DNA of 64,000 nt from Convolutriloba macropyga. Its lineage: Eukaryota. The notes under the pieces were generated by a model that did not search any database, was not told where the DNA came from, and was given only the letters and a program-made list of their open reading frames with translations. Location of the stretch: positions 33,604,001 to 33,668,000 of the forward strand of contig NC_134479.1 of assembly GCF_964194025.1 (NCBI RefSeq). Direction: 5' to 3'. Below, piece after piece: positions 58,936-64,000 of this stretch (within the stretch, counting starts at the first letter, position 1; every line of letters starts with the position of its first letter). A program made the position numbers and the translations under genes.

Positions 58936-61900
58936 GCACATAAAAAAACTTAAATTATTCTGGATATGCTATGTTTCAGAACTGAATTAAGTTTTTACGC
59001 CTGAAATGTGCTGGTACAGCGCTGAAATGCTCTCGGACTCAAGTCTGGGAAGTAAAAACAAAAGCAATCACGTCAATCGTTTGATTGCAATTTGTCCGGC
59101 TTTAATCCTTTTCGCAGGTTCTCCTGTGTTTTTTTGTCTCTGAACTCCTCATTTGCCTCTATGGTTTACTAAAAAACAAAAATTTGATTTCATTAAAAAT
59201 TACGTTTTATTTTACTCAAAGATTGGGGGTCATGTGTTAAAGATGAAACTCAAACGAAAAACGTCAAAATTTGGAATGACTAAAAATTGAGTTCGAAATA
59301 ATTAAATATCTGTTGGTCATCGCTCTGTTGTAGTAGGAGCAAGATTATCTTTAAATAAAAAGCTGAAAAAAACTGTCGGTTTGCGTCCTGATTAAACCTC
59401 TATTTTCTTTTCAAAATTTTAGAACTTGTTTAGCATTTTCCGGTTTGCAACATCATGAACCAAAGCAAATTGACGACCCTCCTTGTTCCATTCAGAAAGA
59501 CTCCCAATTGACTCAAATCAATATGTTTTAGGCTGGCCATTCTAGGCGTCATTTATCAAGTTCATCCTAATTTGCAGAATAGAACTGATTCCTTGATCAA
59601 AACACTTTTTGCAGATACTTTTCACTCAAATTGAAACATTAAAATTACATAATTGATACGAAGCACTCTTTGAGATTGTTCTTTTCAGTCATTTGCCATC
59701 TCTTCATATAACAATTTAATGCATTTCAGAATAAAAATCCTCAAGAGTATTAATCTTTCAGCTCCAATATCTGTTGCATTTTCTGGTCTTTTTCATTTGT
59801 TACATTTGAGAACAGTTTCTGTGCATAAAATGTTCAAAAGTAAAAGTTTCTTTTTGGGGTAACTTGCGTACTATAGAACAGCATGAAAGAAAAATTCATG
59901 GTCTTTTTTATGACTACAACGTTTCTATGAAAAACGTTTCTTTCACTGATTATAAGTGAAAGAAACGTTTCACCCCCCCCCCTGCCCCATAACTAACTAT
60001 AATTGACACTACTCTTCTCGTGAGGGCTCATTGCTATTAGAATACTCAAATCACTATTCTCACAAAATGCACAAAATTTTGTTCACAAATGATAACGAAA
60101 AGAATTTTTTGTTCAGGGGAAAAATAAACGGTTCCCAGTCAAAATTGTTATTTCTGAATCCCAACTGAGAAGGTTAATCCTCCACGCAAACGCAGCCCAC
60201 TGATCTGGTTTCAATTTGTTTCACGTCGGGATTGTCGCACGACTTCATGGCTTCAAATTCCATAATTTTCTGCTTGCACGTTCCTTTGACAATCACATTG
60301 TTGGGTTTGTATATGTTGCATGAGTCACAAGAACAAACTAAAACAAGGTTCTAGGTTCATTGACCGATGAGGGCTTTAGCTGGCCAGGAAAGATCGAGAA
60401 AGTTGACCGGTTAATTCTGATTGGTCGACAAATCTGATTGGTCAAAATATCACCTAATGCTCGATCTATTACAATTTGCGTGGCCAGCTTTTCGGCTTAA
60501 ATTCTTATTTTTTGCCGGATAAACCCTGAAAAAATTACAATCCAGGCTGATGCTCCACGCCCAAGTGACTCCGAGCACGCCGTTTTCCGGACTCTGCCCT
60601 CTGATCAGAGCATTTCAGAACTAAGAGAGCTCTGATAAGGCCATTTTATGCTGCCCAGAATGAGGTTCCAGACCAAAATCAAACCTGATCAGGCCATCTC
60701 AGATCGATGTTATCACTTGCCAGACTTTAGTGCTCACTTTAGCGCAAACTTTGCATTCACTGGGATTGCACTTCAAGCTAAAACAGATTAAACGCGCACA
60801 GACAAGATCCAGACTACTGTCTAGAATTTTCTGCGCTCAGAGGTCATTTCTGTTTAGAAACAAAAATACCAGCCCATGAAACTTGGGCTGGACATTACGG
60901 TGTGCGTGTAGACCTCTATTATCGTCTGATCAGAGGTCCTTGGGCCTGGACTTCACCATAGTAAATATTTTCTTCAAATTTTATCCGATATTTCGGCTCC
61001 TGGCTCACATATTGTTGTGGGTGTATATGTTTATTTTCAGGCAAGCAAACAGATTTTTTTCAGCGAACCAGGCAGATGTAAGAATTTTACAAAATAAAGT
61101 TCTAAGTAGAAACATAACTTGTAATTGGCAACAAAGGGTCACAAATAATTCAGTCATTAGAAAAAAAAAACTGATATTAGCTTGCGAGAAACCGTTAAAG
61201 TTTAGTATTCGGGCATCATATGTTAGAAAAAAGATCGAAACAGGGCAGCACTTTAAAACTAAATATTCCATCCTCTCTGTTGAAATTTTTCTCGAATTCA
61301 AATGACCAGCCTTTTTTTGAAAAATGAAAAATGAATTCTTGACATCATTCAGACAGCCAAAACACAACACACTCCCTGCCTGGAGTATAAACGGGCACAA
61401 AAAACTGGTGAAACTCTCTTTTAAATCTTACTACTAGCCAAATAACTTACTAGCCAAACTTACTAGCCGAATACTTGTACACTCAATTGCCAAAAAATAC
61501 TCCTTGAGTACTGGAATAATCTACCCGTTCAGCTTAAAACCTAAAGCAGAAAAAAAATGTTAGAAACAATAAGTTGTGCCAACTACTCGGAAATAAAATG
61601 TTTTTATGGCTCTAGGAGACCTAAAAAGTATAGATCAAAGACCTCGTGAGATCCTTACTAATACTGAAACTATATTCTATTCTCTATCATTTCTCCAGCA
61701 TTGTTTTAAAATTTTGACCTGCATTATAAGAATACATGTATGACATAGGGGTTCATAAAGAGCACACTGGCTGACTATAACCTTCATGAGGGAATGCCTG
61801 AACGTCTTCGTCAATCTATTAAGATCTGATGTTTAGTCTGCTCCAACGTTTTCTTCAAAATATAGAGATATTTGGGAAAAAAAACGTGGGGAAAGAATTT

Positions 61901-64000
61901 GAAAAGACATAAAGATCTTTAGAAAGACAAATCAAAACACATCTACGATTTGCACACTAAAAATTGAATTTTGCTTTGCAGGTATAGAAGAAGAGTGCGT
62001 GAAATGTATGGGAGATCATAAAAACAGATCAATTTCAATAAGAAGTAAGAAAAATTTGAATGAATAGTTGCTGTTATAAAAACCAAATACTCTGTCGGAA
62101 GCTTTTTTCCGAAAAATGCTTACAGCTTTGCTTTTTGAGCCATTTTCACTATCTCTCTCGGTTGGCCAAAACATGACAACTTCACAAATTTGCTGAAGAA
62201 TTAAACATAATGTGATAACTGATTGATTTTTTGTCGACTCAAAATCAAAATTAAAACATTTACCATTAAATTTTGATATGATTTTTTTTTTGAAAATTTT
62301 TTTCATCTCAGATTTTAAATGCAACCCTTGTAGTACATTGAGTGGAATCTCACGTAGATTGTAAGTTCATATCAGATACGTAACTTTTTCTGTTATTTAT
62401 TTATGTTATTTTCAATTTAAACACCAGTTTTGAATCGACAACTGAAATTTAATGATTTAATTAAATATTTTCTTTAGAATATATTGCCTTCATTTGTATA
62501 TTCTTTTCATTCATAAATCTTAGAAAATCAGTTTTCTCCTTGTGTTGAAATATAGTGTAAATAAAAACTTATTTTTCTTCAGAAGTTTGCTTGAGTAAAT
62601 TTTACTCAATAATCTACTTAAACAATTTTCCTCAAATGAGAAATCTGATTAATTGTGTTTTTATGACTTACTACAGTGGTAAAACCCTACTGAGAAAAAT
62701 GATTACAAATACTTTGCGGTTCAGAAATTTGTTGTTGACCAACTGGGGCAGAACTTTATATTGAAGTGTGTACAGCAATGTGGTCAAGTTTTGTCTAGCA
62801 TCAATCATTTGTAGACAAATATAATTATTTTCTTCACTACAGCAGTTTTTCATTTTTCCATAGCGCTCCCTAACGAGTCATCTTAAGTTCTTCAGGTACT
62901 CTTTATGATTCGTTTTCAGCATCAACGAAACTTAGTTCAAATAAGATAGGCATTATCCTTCAGAATAAAAATAATGAAAAGACTTATAACGATTTTTTTA
63001 ACGTTGTTTTACAAGATCCTATGAGATACCTATGAAAAATTCAAAATTCTAAAAATGAGGGACAATTATGGTATGCATAATAAATGATCTAGTTATGTAT
63101 ATTTAATGATATTCTAAATAAAATAACTCTGTGATTTTTCTTATTTTTCTGTGTACGATCATAAAAAACCGAAAGCTGCATGTTTTTTGGATGTGTTTTA
63201 ATCAGTTTTTTGTTCTATTCAGGTTGACAAAAAGTAGGGTTTCACAGTTTATTTGACAATTTTATAGATACTCAAAAAATTTCTTTCTCCTTCTTCATTT
63301 AATGTTTTTAATTAATAGAATAATAATACCATCAAGTCCACTACGGTGAGCTTTACAACAAAAATTATTCTTCAAATTTGTCTTGCTCTGTTTTTAGAGA
63401 TCGCATTAAACGTAAAACAGAGCACAGCCACTTTGTGTTCATGTCAATTTACTCCGTTCGTTTTGCTCTGATTTACCATGAACCTCTAAATTCAGCTCAC
63501 GAAAAATGGAGTTTAAAAAATTATCCAACTAACAATCGTCCGTTTGAGATGCATGTCATCTATTCTGAGTTTGCAATGACCTATTTAGAGATGATTTTGC
63601 CAGTTTTTCGTTTTTAGAGTAGGTTTGATTCAGAAAATTTCTAACCAATATCCCAGATAGGACATTCGACACATGCATTGTGGTTAATTCTGCTCACAGC
63701 TTTCTCCTGGCATTCACCCTCGTATTTACCCGTCACAGGACATTTGAACGCCTAAAAGAGGAAATTTTTGTCATTTGAACATATCTGAGTCAGATTGGCC
63801 TTTAACAAAAAGTTGCATACTAATTGCTATCATCTTATATCACTCAGTTTTTATATATCGGAGGGATAACTCAACTCAATTTCTTTAAGGATCAACTCAA
63901 AAAGAAATAATGTGACAGAAGTAGAAAAAATTGATATCTCGTGTTCAATCACGTGAAAATATTACGTTCTAACACATAAATTCATACAGATTGATCAAAC

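Noticed and set aside
50290-64000. Many 60-140 aa ORFs
   Set aside because: Mostly non-ATG starts, composition reflecting AT-rich DNA and repeat fragments, no recognisable domains; small host exons cannot be excluded

Overview
AT-rich eukaryotic (probably invertebrate animal) scaffold with two N-gaps (24052-24251, 35420-36392). About half of it is three large mobile elements. (1) An ~18 kb Polinton/Maverick-type endogenous virus (5896 to at least 24051; right end lost in the gap). It encodes pPolB, adenain-like protease, major and minor capsid proteins, a basic core-like protein, RVE integrase, packaging ATPase, a DEDD exonuclease, zinc-finger proteins and several accessory ORFs. (2) A full-length BEL/Pao LTR retrotransposon (24457-32437, TSD ACTAG). 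(3) A full-length Gypsy/Mag-like LTR retrotransposon (43296-50283, TSD ACATT). Two divergently oriented paralogous host exons (306-959 minus, 34213-34734 plus) flank the Polinton+BEL block. A glycine-zipper/degenerate J-domain exon follows the second gap. The most notable observations are: a GT-AG intron in the Polinton pPolB plus a candidate spliced leader; an opposite-strand PC4-like SSB + HUH-motif gene pair in the Polinton, together with a GC hairpin repeated in direct orientation at both ends; a dyad motif (AWTYGC-N3-GCRAWT) repeated in the Gypsy LTRs and in a long RNaseH-integrase spacer; and a cluster of perfect TCAAGGTCA nuclear-receptor sites in the BEL LTRs. All protein assignments come from motif recognition by eye; no database searches were run.
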